Below the pieces are notes generated by a model, which did not search any database, was not told where the DNA came from, and was given only the letters and a program-made list of their open reading frames with translations. This document shows, in pieces, positions 38,966 to 48,691 of a stretch of 64,000 bases of DNA (position 1 is its first letter; every line of letters begins with the position of its first letter). Origin of the DNA: Polyangiaceae bacterium (GTDB lineage Bacteria; Myxococcota_A; Polyangia; Polyangiales; Polyangiaceae); NCBI GenBank assembly GCA_044222475.1, contig JBGANF010000019.1, forward strand, positions 1 through 64,000, read 5' to 3'. The position numbers and the translations under genes were made by a program.

Positions 38966-39487
38966 TCAGGCCGAGCGGCGCCTCCGCCCCACGCTGCCGC
39001 CGAGGTAGGCGGTCGGGGCAGAGACGAGAGGCACGACGAGCGGAGCGAGCGAGAAGCCGCCGACCGCACCGAACGTCAGCGCGCACGCGACGATGCCGGC
39101 GAAGAGTCCGGCAAGCGCGGGCTCGCGCCGCGTCGTCCCCACGCCGTAGCGACCGACGAGGTATCCGCCGACGAACGACGCGAGCGCGAGCGCGAGCACG
39201 TGAGGCACCGCGAGCGTGGACACGATCGACGCGCGCTCGGAGCTCGACATGGTCGCGAACGCCGCCGAGATCTCCTCGGGAGAGCTCGCCCCGGGGAGGC
39301 GCCGCTCGAGGTACCCGCGGACCACGCGGGCCGAGATCCACGCGAGCGGCAGCCACGCCCCGAAGATCGCGACGACGCCGAACCCCACCCAGTGCCACGG
39401 CGGGCGGGGCGGGTCCTCGTCGGCCCCCGAGTCGGGCTCGGGGCGGGGCGAAGACACGATCGGCAGGCGGCGTTTGTCGTCAGCCAT
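38966..39487 (-). CDS. Membrane protein
   Basis: About four TM helices; RPPWHWVGFG. Confidence 0.65.
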   Translation of the reverse strand: MADDKRRLPIVSSPRPEPDSGADEDPPRPPWHWVGFGVVAIFGAWLPLAWISARVVRGYLERRLPGASSPEEISAAFATMSSSERASIVSTLAVPHVLALALASFVGGYLVGRYGVGTTRREPALAGLFAGIVACALTFGAVGGFSLAPLVVPLVSAPTAYLGGSVGRRRRSA

Positions 39488-39531
39488 GGTCAGGACCTCG
39501 TGACCATGGCAGAAACGCGGGTGCAAATCGA

Positions 39532-39960
39532 ATGGAGAGCCGAGACCCCAACCTGAGCGTCGTCGAGATGCGCGTCCGCTTCTTCGAGACGGACCTCATG
39601 GGCATCGTTCATCACGCCGCGTACCTCACGTATTTCGAGGCGGCGCGGGTGGAGTGGCTGCGCCTCCGCGGCGTCACCTACGCCGACTGGGCCCGGCGCG
39701 GCGTGCACCTGCCGGTCGTGGAGGCGAACACGCGGTACCGCGCGCCGGCCCACTTCGACGACGTCCTGACGATCGAGACGCGGCTCACCGAGGTGCGCTC
39801 GCACTCGGTGCGGTTCGAGTACCGAACGCTGCGCGGGACCCTCGTCATCGCCGAGGGGTCGACGCGGCTCGCGTGCGTCGGCGAGGACCACAAGCTGGTG
39901 AGGATCCCGGCCGAGGTGAAGGACGTGCTGCTTCGCGGAGAACTTCCGGCGGCAGGGTGA
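39532..39960 (+). CDS. Acyl-CoA thioesterase (YbgC/4HBT family)
   Basis: RVRFFETDLMGIVHHAAYLTYFEAAR. Confidence 0.9.
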   Translation: MESRDPNLSVVEMRVRFFETDLMGIVHHAAYLTYFEAARVEWLRLRGVTYADWARRGVHLPVVEANTRYRAPAHFDDVLTIETRLTEVRSHSVRFEYRTLRGTLVIAEGSTRLACVGEDHKLVRIPAEVKDVLLRGELPAAG

Positions 39961-39980
39961 TTTCCGCTAGGATGACGTCG

Positions 39981-40352
39981 ATGCGTCGTTCGTTCGTCCT
40001 CGTTTTGGGCCTCGCCTTGTTGGCGGGGGGTTGCCGAAAGAGCGCCGCAGCACGCCTCGAAGGCCACTGGCGCGGCGTGAAGGCGACCGGGGTCTCGGCA
40101 GACGCGCAGTCGGCGGCGAACCTCTACGCCTCCCAAATGGAGCTCGACTTCAAGGGCGACAAAGTCTCGGTGCAGAACGGCCACGAGAAGCAGAGCGGCA
40201 AGTTCAAGATCGTGAGCGAGGACAAGACTTCGTTCACCCTCGTGACCGACGGCGACGGAACGGCCGACGAGCAGAAATTCACGATCGACAGCGACAAAGA
40301 GATCAGCTGGGCGGTCCTGCCCGGCAAGACGATTCAGTTCCAGAAGCAGTGA
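39981..40352 (+). CDS. Small lipoprotein
   Basis: MRRSFVLVLGLALLAGGC lipobox; LEGHW; TAGGAT box 7 nt upstream. Confidence 0.75.
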   Translation: MRRSFVLVLGLALLAGGCRKSAAARLEGHWRGVKATGVSADAQSAANLYASQMELDFKGDKVSVQNGHEKQSGKFKIVSEDKTSFTLVTDGDGTADEQKFTIDSDKEISWAVLPGKTIQFQKQ

Positions 40353-40354
40353 TC

Positions 40355-43288
40355 TCAGCGCCGGATCGCCTCTCGGGCGACGCGAAGGTGGATCGTGGCG
40401 TCGCCGCGGCGCAGCTCGAGCACGACGTCGTCGGCGAGCGGTCCGTCGAGGCGGGCGCGCGCTTCTTCGATCGTCACGACCGGCGCGCCGCTGACGCGCG
40501 CGACGACGTCTCCGACGCGAACGCCGGCGCGCTCCGCTTCGCTGCCTTCGGCGACGGCGACGACGACGACCTCCTTCGTGGCGGCGCGATCGCCGAGCGT
40601 GACGGCGACGCTCCCCGCGCTCGTCGTCGTGGGCGCGGCGGCGATGGGCTGCAGCACGATCTTCACGTCGGCGGGGCGGCCGACGCGGAGCTCGACGTCG
40701 ACGCGACCTCGCCCGACGTCCGGCGCGTACGCTTCGAGGCTGACGAGGCCGGCCGCGGCGCCGACGAGGTGAAAGCGGCCCTTCGCGCTCGACACCGCCA
40801 CGCCGGGCGGCGCCGATCCTTGTGACAGGTACACGGGGACGAACCCGACCGCGACGCGGGCGAAGGGGACCGGGTCGCCACGACCATCGACCACGATGCC
40901 GTCGGCGATGGCCTCTTCGGAGAGCTCGAACGTCCCTAGATCGAACGCGTCGTCTCGTTTGGCCATCGCTACTACGGGCTTCGCGAGCGGGGCGAACCCG
41001 GTGGCGCGGATGCGGAGCTCCGTCGGACCGGGCGCGACGTCCGGGATGACGAAGCGACCGTTCGCGTCGGTCTGGGCGGTGCGAGGACCGAGGTCGGTCG
41101 CGATCGCGACTTGGGCGTTCTCGATCGGTGTACCAATTCGGGACGAGCGGACGAGACCGCTCAGCGTGAGCGCTCGCTCGAGCTTCACGCGCAGCTCGGC
41201 CCTGCCGTCCTCGACGGCGAACGCGCGGGGAGCGTGACCGGGGGCACGAACCTCGATCCGTACGGCGAGCCCGCGGATGTTGGCGAGCTGCGCGTCGCCG
41301 CGATCGTCGGTGAACGCGGTCCCGCGCGCGGGCTGGGCCGCGTCGACCGAGACCGCGGTGACCTGCGCGGTCGCGATCGCGTACCCGCGGTCGTCGTCGA
41401 CGTGCACCGTGAGCCCGTCGCGCTCGGACGGGAGCGTGAGCACGACGGACTTTCGCTCGCCCTCGGCGATGTCGTACGCGGCGCGGAGCGTGGGCACGAG
41501 GTCGTCGCCCTCGCGAAACACGCTGAGGACGACCGAATCGGGGACGGCGGCGAACGCGAACGTGCCGTCGCTGGCGGTCTTGGCCGATCGCTCCTGGATC
41601 CCACGCCGGGATGCCATCTCGACCCGCGCGCCGGCCGCCGGCCGCCCGCTCGCGTCGACCACCCGACCTTCGAGCGTCCCGCCGCCGCGCAGGACGACGT
41701 TCACCTCGGCGTCGCCGCCGGGCGCGAGCGTGACGGTCGCGCTGAACGCCTCGACGTACTCCGGATGGCGCACGAGGACGCGCACGCGCCCTGGCGTGAC
41801 GGGAGCGAGCACGAAGCTCCCGTCTCCGCGGGTCACCCACGGCTCCGGCGGGGCGGCGACCGGCGCCCCGCCAGCGGCGACCGGGAGCGGGACCGGGCCA
41901 CGCGGGATCGGAGGAACCGGGCCGGGCACGACGCCGAGATCGCCGGCGGGTTGAAGCGGCACCGGGCCCGCGAGCCGCTGATCGAACTGCGCGGTGCGAA
42001 ACGCGCGCGTCCGGGGATCGTCGTCGATCGGACCGCCCGCGAAGTCGGTGCCGAGGACCTCGAGCGTCGCGGACGAGACCGGGAAGCCGCGCGCGTCGGT
42101 GACCACCCCGTGGAGCTTCCCGGCGCGCGGCAGGACGAGCTTCACCGGGCCGTCGAGGGGCTCGGGCACCGGCTGGGCGGCGCGGCCGAGGTGCCCGTCG
42201 GCGAACGCAGTCAACGTCGCGGGGCCGAGCGCCACCGGACCGAGCGATGCACGACCGTCGCGCGCGGTGACGGCCTCGAGCGGGAACGGCGACACGCCTC
42301 CCTCGGCGAGGACGACGCGCGCACCGGCGACCGGGTCGGCGTCGTCGCCGTCGTCGTCGACGACGATCACCGGCACGTTTCGTCCGGGAGCGAGGCGCAG
42401 CAGAACCTCCTTCTCCTCGCCCGCCGCGAGCGGCACCGCGAGCTCGACCTCGGAGACGTTCGACCCGAGGACGGCGCGGAGCGCGAACGTGCCGGCGAAG
42501 AGGCCCGCGAGCTTGACCCGCCCGGACGGACCGGTGGCTCCTTCGCGAGGGACACCGAGCGCGGTCCCGGCGATCTGAACGCGTGCATTCTGCACGGGTT
42601 GGTCGTCTTGCCCGATGACGGTGACGACGATCGCGCCGAGGCGGTGGAGAACCATCACGATGGACGCGTCGTCGCGGACGCCGCGATCGGTCACCTCGTC
42701 GTATCCGGGCGCGCTCGCGCGGACGACCCACGGGCCCTTCGGCAGACGACCCACGTGCGCGCGACCGCGCGCGTCGGTGCGCGCGCCGATCGGGAGCGGA
42801 TCACCGGTCCGCACCTCGATGGTGGCGCCGGCGATGCCTTCGCCGGACGGGGTGCGCACCTCGACGTCGAACGTGTGCTCGGGATCCAGGCGCATCTCGA
42901 TCGCGCGCGGTCCGGGGACGAGCACCAGCGACGACGAGCCGCGCGCGCGGTGGGGCGCATCGGCGAGGACCCACGCCTCGCCCCGCGGCAGGCGCGTGAG
43001 GTTCGCCGCTCCGCGATCATCGGTGTGCCCCTCGCCGCCGAGGAAGACCTGCTCGCCGCGGATGACGAGCACGCGGACCACGGCGTCGTGGATCGGCCCG
43101 TCGTCGTCGGTGACCGTGACGGTCAGGGTCGCGTCGCGCTCCTCGGTCCCTTCGGGCAAGGGCGGCGGGAGCAGGACGTCGACCCGAGCGACCAGGCGTG
43201 CCCCCGGGATCGTCGCGACGACGAAGACGCAAAGCAGCGCCAAGAGGAGCCGCGAAAGCGCCGGAAGCAGGTGGATGGCACTACCCAT
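40355..43288 (-). CDS. Carboxypeptidase-regulatory-like repeat protein with C-terminal PDZ
   Basis: Repeated G.V.D..G.PV..A.V...TD..G.F units; GSEAERAGVRVGDVV PDZ; start uncertain (43288 or 43372). Confidence 0.8.
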   Translation of the reverse strand: MGSAIHLLPALSRLLLALLCVFVVATIPGARLVARVDVLLPPPLPEGTEERDATLTVTVTDDDGPIHDAVVRVLVIRGEQVFLGGEGHTDDRGAANLTRLPRGEAWVLADAPHRARGSSSLVLVPGPRAIEMRLDPEHTFDVEVRTPSGEGIAGATIEVRTGDPLPIGARTDARGRAHVGRLPKGPWVVRASAPGYDEVTDRGVRDDASIVMVLHRLGAIVVTVIGQDDQPVQNARVQIAGTALGVPREGATGPSGRVKLAGLFAGTFALRAVLGSNVSEVELAVPLAAGEEKEVLLRLAPGRNVPVIVVDDDGDDADPVAGARVVLAEGGVSPFPLEAVTARDGRASLGPVALGPATLTAFADGHLGRAAQPVPEPLDGPVKLVLPRAGKLHGVVTDARGFPVSSATLEVLGTDFAGGPIDDDPRTRAFRTAQFDQRLAGPVPLQPAGDLGVVPGPVPPIPRGPVPLPVAAGGAPVAAPPEPWVTRGDGSFVLAPVTPGRVRVLVRHPEYVEAFSATVTLAPGGDAEVNVVLRGGGTLEGRVVDASGRPAAGARVEMASRRGIQERSAKTASDGTFAFAAVPDSVVLSVFREGDDLVPTLRAAYDIAEGERKSVVLTLPSERDGLTVHVDDDRGYAIATAQVTAVSVDAAQPARGTAFTDDRGDAQLANIRGLAVRIEVRAPGHAPRAFAVEDGRAELRVKLERALTLSGLVRSSRIGTPIENAQVAIATDLGPRTAQTDANGRFVIPDVAPGPTELRIRATGFAPLAKPVVAMAKRDDAFDLGTFELSEEAIADGIVVDGRGDPVPFARVAVGFVPVYLSQGSAPPGVAVSSAKGRFHLVGAAAGLVSLEAYAPDVGRGRVDVELRVGRPADVKIVLQPIAAAPTTTSAGSVAVTLGDRAATKEVVVVAVAEGSEAERAGVRVGDVVARVSGAPVVTIEEARARLDGPLADDVVLELRRGDATIHLRVAREAIRR

Positions 43289-43395
43289 GCTCGGCACGCG
43301 GGATCTCTCGCTGGGGAAAGGCGGGGATGGCCGCGTTTCTTCCCGATTCGACGGTCCATCGGGCTTCGCCACGAACTCCTTGCTAGCATGGGACG

Positions 43396-44529
43396 ATGCG
43401 CTTCGCGCCGGCCGCCGCGTGCTCGATCGTCGCGATGCTCATCGCGTGCGGGAGCGAGCGGCCGCCGCCCCTCGGGGATCCGAAGCTCGCCTACGACTCC
43501 GGCGTCGATGCCTCGGTCTTCGACGGCTCGGGACCGCCTCCGACGTGCGACCTCGGCCCCGATTTCGGGGTGTGCGCCTGCAGCGAGGTGAAGCTCCTGG
43601 GCGACGCGCCGAACCTCTATTTCGTCCTCGATCGCTCGGGCAGCATGGCCGAGAACGACAAATGGAAGACGGTGCGTGTCGTCGTGGTCCAGACGGTGAC
43701 GCGCTTGGGCCCGCGGGTGAACGTCGGTGCGGCCGTCTACCCGAGTGACGAGAGCTGTGGCCCGGGCAAGGAGGTCATGTCGACGCGCCCGGGCGACGCC
43801 CCCGCCGGCGTGTTCGGTCCGGTGGCGAGCGCGCTCGCCACGTCGACGTCGGTGCCGGAGCTGGGTGGTACGCCGACGTCGCTCACCCTCGACGCCCTGA
43901 GGCCGAAGATCACCAGCCTCGCCGGGAAGACCTTCGTCATCCTCGCGACCGACGGCGCGCCGAACTGCAACGCGGGCGCCGTGTGTGGCGTCGACGAGTG
44001 CCTCTCCAACATCGAAGACCTCTTCGGTTGTCCCAAAGGGGGACAACCGAACTGCTGCGCGAAGAGCGGGCGCGACGGCCCGGAGTTCTGCCTGGACCGC
44101 AGCGCGACGCTGGCGGCGATCGACGCGCTGAAAGCCGCGGGCGTCGAGACTTACGTGGTGGGCGTTCCCGGCAGCGGCCCCTACGCGTCGCTCCTCGACG
44201 AGATGGCGATCCGGGGTGGAACCGCGCGCGGCACGAGCCCGCAGTACTACCGAGTCGATTCGACCGACGCGAAGGCCTTCGGCGACGCGCTCGCCGCCAT
44301 CGCCGCGAAGATCACCGCGACCTGCACGTTCCCGCTCGCGAGCGTCCCGGACCCGGCGAAGCTCAACGTCTTCTTCGACGGCACCGTCCTTCCACAGGAC
44401 GACACGAACGGCTGGAAGCTCGACGGGACGACCGTCGAGATCGTCGGGGACGCGTGCGACAAGCTGAAGCGCGGCGAGGTGCTCTCCGTGCGAGTCGTCG
44501 CCGGCTGTCCCACCGTGGTACCGAAGTAG
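43396..44529 (+). CDS. Cys-rich vWA-domain lipoprotein (CglB-like architecture)
   Basis: LIAC lipobox; DRSGSM MIDAS; GGTPT; ILATDGAPNC; many Cys. Confidence 0.8.
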   Translation: MRFAPAAACSIVAMLIACGSERPPPLGDPKLAYDSGVDASVFDGSGPPPTCDLGPDFGVCACSEVKLLGDAPNLYFVLDRSGSMAENDKWKTVRVVVVQTVTRLGPRVNVGAAVYPSDESCGPGKEVMSTRPGDAPAGVFGPVASALATSTSVPELGGTPTSLTLDALRPKITSLAGKTFVILATDGAPNCNAGAVCGVDECLSNIEDLFGCPKGGQPNCCAKSGRDGPEFCLDRSATLAAIDALKAAGVETYVVGVPGSGPYASLLDEMAIRGGTARGTSPQYYRVDSTDAKAFGDALAAIAAKITATCTFPLASVPDPAKLNVFFDGTVLPQDDTNGWKLDGTTVEIVGDACDKLKRGEVLSVRVVAGCPTVVPK

Positions 44530-44740
44530 CGAACGCCTGACGCTGCGGGCCTTCGAGCAGCGGAAGCGTGACGAATGCGGCGGGGCCGCTGCGCCGTTGC
44601 TCGAAGCGTGCGACTGACGCGTTTCCGCGACTCCTTCGCCTTCTGGGTGCCAGGCGCCGGCCTCGCCGGTCAGTCCCCCTGCCGGGACTCGGGCAACGCT
44701 CCGACTGGAACTTGCGGGGTCAATCCAACGGGGTACGTCG

Positions 44741-45862
44741 TCAATGCAGCGTGTGCCAGCGCCCGTCGCGATGGATCTGCGGCTGGGGCGGAGAGCTCGG
44801 ACGCATCACCACGACCTCGTCGGGGAGGGCCGTCTCGGCGGCGAGGGCCCGCAGCCGATCTTCCTCGGCCTCTTCGCGGGCCCAGCGGGCGAGCGTCTCT
44901 TTCGCGCGGCGGCGACGCTTGACCCAGGCGACGACGAAGATGACGACGATGAGGCCCCAGAGGAACGCGCTCCCGGTGACGACCGGCCACAGGCTGAAGC
45001 GCTTCGAGAGATCCTCGTGCCACTCGTATTCGAGTCGCCGAAGGTCGGTCCCGTACGCGTCGGCGAGGGAACGATCGAACGCCTGACCGTTGCGCACGCG
45101 GGCGACGAGCGACTGGAAACGCGCGCGGTCTTCGCCCCGGAGCAGGAAGCGAACGAAATCCGCGGACTGAGCGTAGGCGATGCTGACTTGGTAGTTCTCG
45201 TCGGGGAAGCTCTTGTCGAGATCGTCGAGGGGGATGATCGCGTCCGAGAGAGTCGCATTCCAGAGCGTGGTGTTGCGCTGCCACGCGAGCTCGCCGGAAG
45301 CTTCGACCGCGAGGCCCTCGTTGAACCAGAGCGGGACGTGGTGGCCGGCGAACGCGTCGAAGATGGCGACGTGGGTCAGCTCGTGGCGGAACGTCTCACC
45401 GAGGTCGTCGGCTTCGGCCGTCTTCGGCGCGGTCAACGACAGGAGCACGAGGTGGAGCGGCGAGTACGCGACACCGACCGCGTACGCCGGCGGCGGGTGG
45501 CCGATGGGAGCGAGCGCCTCCATGTCGGCCGGGGAGCGCGCGACCCGAACCTCGACGTCGGAGAGGACATCTTGGCCGAAGCGATCTTCGAGGTACGCCT
45601 TGAACGTGTCGGCCTCGGCAACGAGCGGATCGACCTTCTCCTTCACGCTCGTCGGATAGGAGATGCGGAGCCACCCGTGCGTCTCGGTCGTCATGTCGGC
45701 GGCGAGCGGCGGCAGCTTCACCGTGTGCGGCTCGAGGATGATCGGCGCGTCGTGCGGGACGTTGCCGACCGGATCCCCTGCCCGCGCGCGCCCGGCATCC
45801 GCCGCCAAGAAGAGGAGCGGCAACAGCACGAGAGAGACGAGCGCACGCCAGAATCGAGTCAT
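44741..45862 (-). CDS. Peptidase MA-clan (gluzincin) metallopeptidase with C-terminal TM
   Basis: HELTH...PLWFNEGLA; AYAQS. Confidence 0.82.
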   Translation of the reverse strand: MTRFWRALVSLVLLPLLFLAADAGRARAGDPVGNVPHDAPIILEPHTVKLPPLAADMTTETHGWLRISYPTSVKEKVDPLVAEADTFKAYLEDRFGQDVLSDVEVRVARSPADMEALAPIGHPPPAYAVGVAYSPLHLVLLSLTAPKTAEADDLGETFRHELTHVAIFDAFAGHHVPLWFNEGLAVEASGELAWQRNTTLWNATLSDAIIPLDDLDKSFPDENYQVSIAYAQSADFVRFLLRGEDRARFQSLVARVRNGQAFDRSLADAYGTDLRRLEYEWHEDLSKRFSLWPVVTGSAFLWGLIVVIFVVAWVKRRRRAKETLARWAREEAEEDRLRALAAETALPDEVVVMRPSSPPQPQIHRDGRWHTLH

Positions 45863-46587
45863 TGCGGCACCTGCATGCGCATGTGGACCATGTCGCCGCT
45901 CCAATCACGGGTGGCGAGGAAGATGCCGCCGCCGAGGAGCGCTGCGCTGCCGATGGCGACCCAGAACCAAGGGGACTCGTAGAACGACTTCGTCTTGTCT
46001 TTCGCCGGAGTGGCCGGAGCGAGCACGAGCGCGGGCGCCTTCGCGACGGCCACTGGAGCGGGAGGCGGCGCGAGCGTGCGCTCGATCGACGTGACGGCGC
46101 CGTCCCACGTGTACGCGCCCTCTTTCCCCTCGGGCTGCCAGCGCGCGGCGTCGAACGTCTTCTTTGCGACGTCGTAGAGGCGCACTTGCGGCGGCGCGTC
46201 CTTCTGAGGGGCGAGGACCAGGATGGCCTTCGTGTGGGTGCGACGGCCGACGTTCCAGAGGATCTCACGGGACACGGTGTCTTCGCCTTGGACCGCGTGG
46301 CGGAGCTGGCTCAGCTCCTTCACGTTGGCCGGCGCGTCCTCTGCGGGGGCTTCGCCAGCGAGGGCCCGGGCCTCGGCCTCGGTCAAGGAGCGGGGCCGTA
46401 GACCGGCCTTGGCGTAGGCGGCCTGGGCTAGCGGCCAGGCCAGATCGGCCGATCCGTCGCCTTCGGCGACCACGGCGACCCCCACCGCGTCCGGATCGGC
46501 CGGCTCGTCCGCGCGCGCGAGACGCGGACCCGCGACCAGAGCGCAGGCAAGCGCCGCCAGGGGCACGGAAATGGCGAGGCGACGCAT
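45859..46587 (-). CDS. Exported hypothetical protein with C-terminal TM
   Basis: Signal ending ARA-DE; FYESPWFW followed by a TM segment. Confidence 0.65.
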   Translation of the reverse strand: MRRLAISVPLAALACALVAGPRLARADEPADPDAVGVAVVAEGDGSADLAWPLAQAAYAKAGLRPRSLTEAEARALAGEAPAEDAPANVKELSQLRHAVQGEDTVSREILWNVGRRTHTKAILVLAPQKDAPPQVRLYDVAKKTFDAARWQPEGKEGAYTWDGAVTSIERTLAPPPAPVAVAKAPALVLAPATPAKDKTKSFYESPWFWVAIGSAALLGGGIFLATRDWSGDMVHMRMQVPQ

Positions 46588-46619
46588 GGACCAGGAACTT
46601 AACTCGCCGACCGATGGCG

Positions 46620-47384
46620 TCAATGTGGGACGAACCTAGCCAGAAGGGGAGCTACCGCCTCCAACGCCGATCGGACTGGTGATTCGTGCAGGGTCGCGAC
46701 GGCAAGGGCCGCGAGGATCGCGACGACGAGCGGGGCCCCGGCGACGATCGGCTTCGGGGCGGCTTCGACCTTGCGGGATGCGATCACGCCGCCGAGGAAG
46801 AACGCCGCGCCGTCCACGATGGTCGCGCGCGCACCGGGCGAGAGATCGGGCGCCGCGGCGCGCAGCGCGAGCACGATGCCGAAGAGAGGTGCCGCGACCC
46901 AGGCGACCGCGAGCGCACGCGCGAGCGTCTCCCGGCGGGCGTCGAGATCGCGGAGGAGCGCCAGAATGCGACGCGAGACCAACGCGAGGACGGCGGCGAG
47001 GACCGCGATGGCGATCGCGAACGTCACCGCGGCGAGCGCGTGGTGGTGAGTCTTCGCTCGGAGCATCGCGCCGACGCGATCGGCGAGGAGGCCGGTCCAG
47101 GCGAGCCACCCACCGGCCGCGGCGAGGCGCAGGCCGGCGTCATCCGGACCGATGGCGCGCCAGCCGCGCGCCGCACGTCGTCCGAGGAAGCCGACTGCGC
47201 CCAGCGGAAACGCCACCAGCCCAGCAAGAGCAGCCCATGCCTGCGGAAGCGAGACGGTGGACGCGTTGGCGAGCCGCAGCGCCGCGGGGAGCACGGCGAC
47301 GAGCGCGGCGGGCACGAGGAGCGCCGATGCGACCCCGGCGCGGGTCGATAGAGGGTCGTGCGGCGGAGGGAGGCTGATGCTCAT
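46620..47384 (-). CDS. Integral membrane protein
   Basis: Multiple hydrophobic helices; KTHHHAL; TGATG-coupled to the upstream GNAT. Confidence 0.6.
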   Translation of the reverse strand: MSISLPPPHDPLSTRAGVASALLVPAALVAVLPAALRLANASTVSLPQAWAALAGLVAFPLGAVGFLGRRAARGWRAIGPDDAGLRLAAAGGWLAWTGLLADRVGAMLRAKTHHHALAAVTFAIAIAVLAAVLALVSRRILALLRDLDARRETLARALAVAWVAAPLFGIVLALRAAAPDLSPGARATIVDGAAFFLGGVIASRKVEAAPKPIVAGAPLVVAILAALAVATLHESPVRSALEAVAPLLARFVPH

Positions 47385-48589
47385 CAGAACCGATCGATCG
47401 CAGAGAAGCGCGGGAGCCCGAGGAGCGCGTCGGCGTTGGCGAGCGCCGACCCGGCGCCGCGCGCGCCATCGATCGCGGCGGCGGCGCTCGGCGCCAGCGA
47501 GCCGAACAGCACCGACGGGACGAACGGCGCGTCGATCTCGACCTCGACCGCGGCGACCTCCTCGATCGCGACGACGCCGCCGGCGGCCTTGAGGCTCAAC
47601 GCGCGATCCCCGAGGCGGACTCGCGAACGTGTATCATACAAGTATCCACGGGCGCGCAGCGCCCGGTCGAGATCGAGGATGCGGACCATCGGTCCGGTGG
47701 TGATCGTGCCGAGCGTGTGCTCGACGCGGGCGGTCCCGTGGCGGCGCCGATCGGGGTCGACGAGCGCGAACGCGATGGGGTCGTCGACGTCGAGCTCCAT
47801 CTCCACCTCGGCGACTTGATCGCGTTGGGCGGCGAGAAAGCCGAACAGGACCCTGCGCGCTTCGGCGTCCGCGGACACCATCTCCTCGACGGCGATGGTC
47901 GTTCGCGCGTGCCCTTCGACCTGATCGTAGACGAAGAGCGCGTAGCCGCGCGGCGCGTCGGCAGGGCCGACCACGACGACGTGGTTCCGCTCGTCGAGCC
48001 ATTTCGCGTCCCACAGCGCTCTCGGGCGTCGAATCCAGCCCGTCTTCCCGAGGGCGGCGCGCTCGTACAGCGACTCGAGCGCAGCCGTGTCTCCGGCGCG
48101 CGGCGCACGGGCGTCGGCGACGCGAAACGCGCGCAGCCACGCATCGGGCACGGACTCGGGAGCGAACGCCCACCGCGCGGAGGTCGACACCGGCGCGTAG
48201 CCGTGGCGGCCGTAGAAGGCGTGACGGAAGGCGTAGAGCAGCGCGATCGCGGCTCCGCGGGTCACCGCCTCGCGGTGGAGGTGATCGAGGAGGCCGCTCG
48301 CGACGCCGCGTCCACGCGCCTCCGGCGCGACGCCCACGCTCGCGATGGCCGCGGTCGGCACCGGGCGACCGCCGAAGAAGGCCTCGGTGCGAAAGAGAAA
48401 CGCGTGACCGACGATCTCGCCGTGATCCAGCGCGAGCCACAAGTCGTCGATCGTGCCGAGCGGGTTCGCGAGGAAGTTTCGCCGCCGCTCGGGCTCGCGC
48501 CGCGGGTCGGGGAACGCGCTGCCGTGGATCGCGATCACGCGATCGAGGTCCTGCTGCGTGGCCGTCCGAAACTCGAGGTCGCTGCTCAT
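47384..48589 (-). CDS. Eis-like GNAT acetyltransferase
   Basis: SVGVAPEARGRGVAS, AFYGRHGY, PMVRILD; about 400-aa Eis layout. Confidence 0.85.
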   Translation of the reverse strand: MSSDLEFRTATQQDLDRVIAIHGSAFPDPRREPERRRNFLANPLGTIDDLWLALDHGEIVGHAFLFRTEAFFGGRPVPTAAIASVGVAPEARGRGVASGLLDHLHREAVTRGAAIALLYAFRHAFYGRHGYAPVSTSARWAFAPESVPDAWLRAFRVADARAPRAGDTAALESLYERAALGKTGWIRRPRALWDAKWLDERNHVVVVGPADAPRGYALFVYDQVEGHARTTIAVEEMVSADAEARRVLFGFLAAQRDQVAEVEMELDVDDPIAFALVDPDRRRHGTARVEHTLGTITTGPMVRILDLDRALRARGYLYDTRSRVRLGDRALSLKAAGGVVAIEEVAAVEVEIDAPFVPSVLFGSLAPSAAAAIDGARGAGSALANADALLGLPRFSAIDRF

Positions 48590-48691
48590 GAAAGGGGATG
48601 ACGTGGGTGTTTTCCCGCGGGTGCTGGCAGGGTAGTCTTCTTTTTCGGCGCAAATTGGAGTTTTTGGCCGCGCCCGTGTTAGCGGAGAAGC

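Noticed and set aside
44530..44740. SRP RNA, glycine or TPP riboswitch, or hammerhead ribozyme
   Set aside because: The conserved core motifs of these families were not found, and the region lies between convergent 3' ends; kept only as an unnamed structured candidate.
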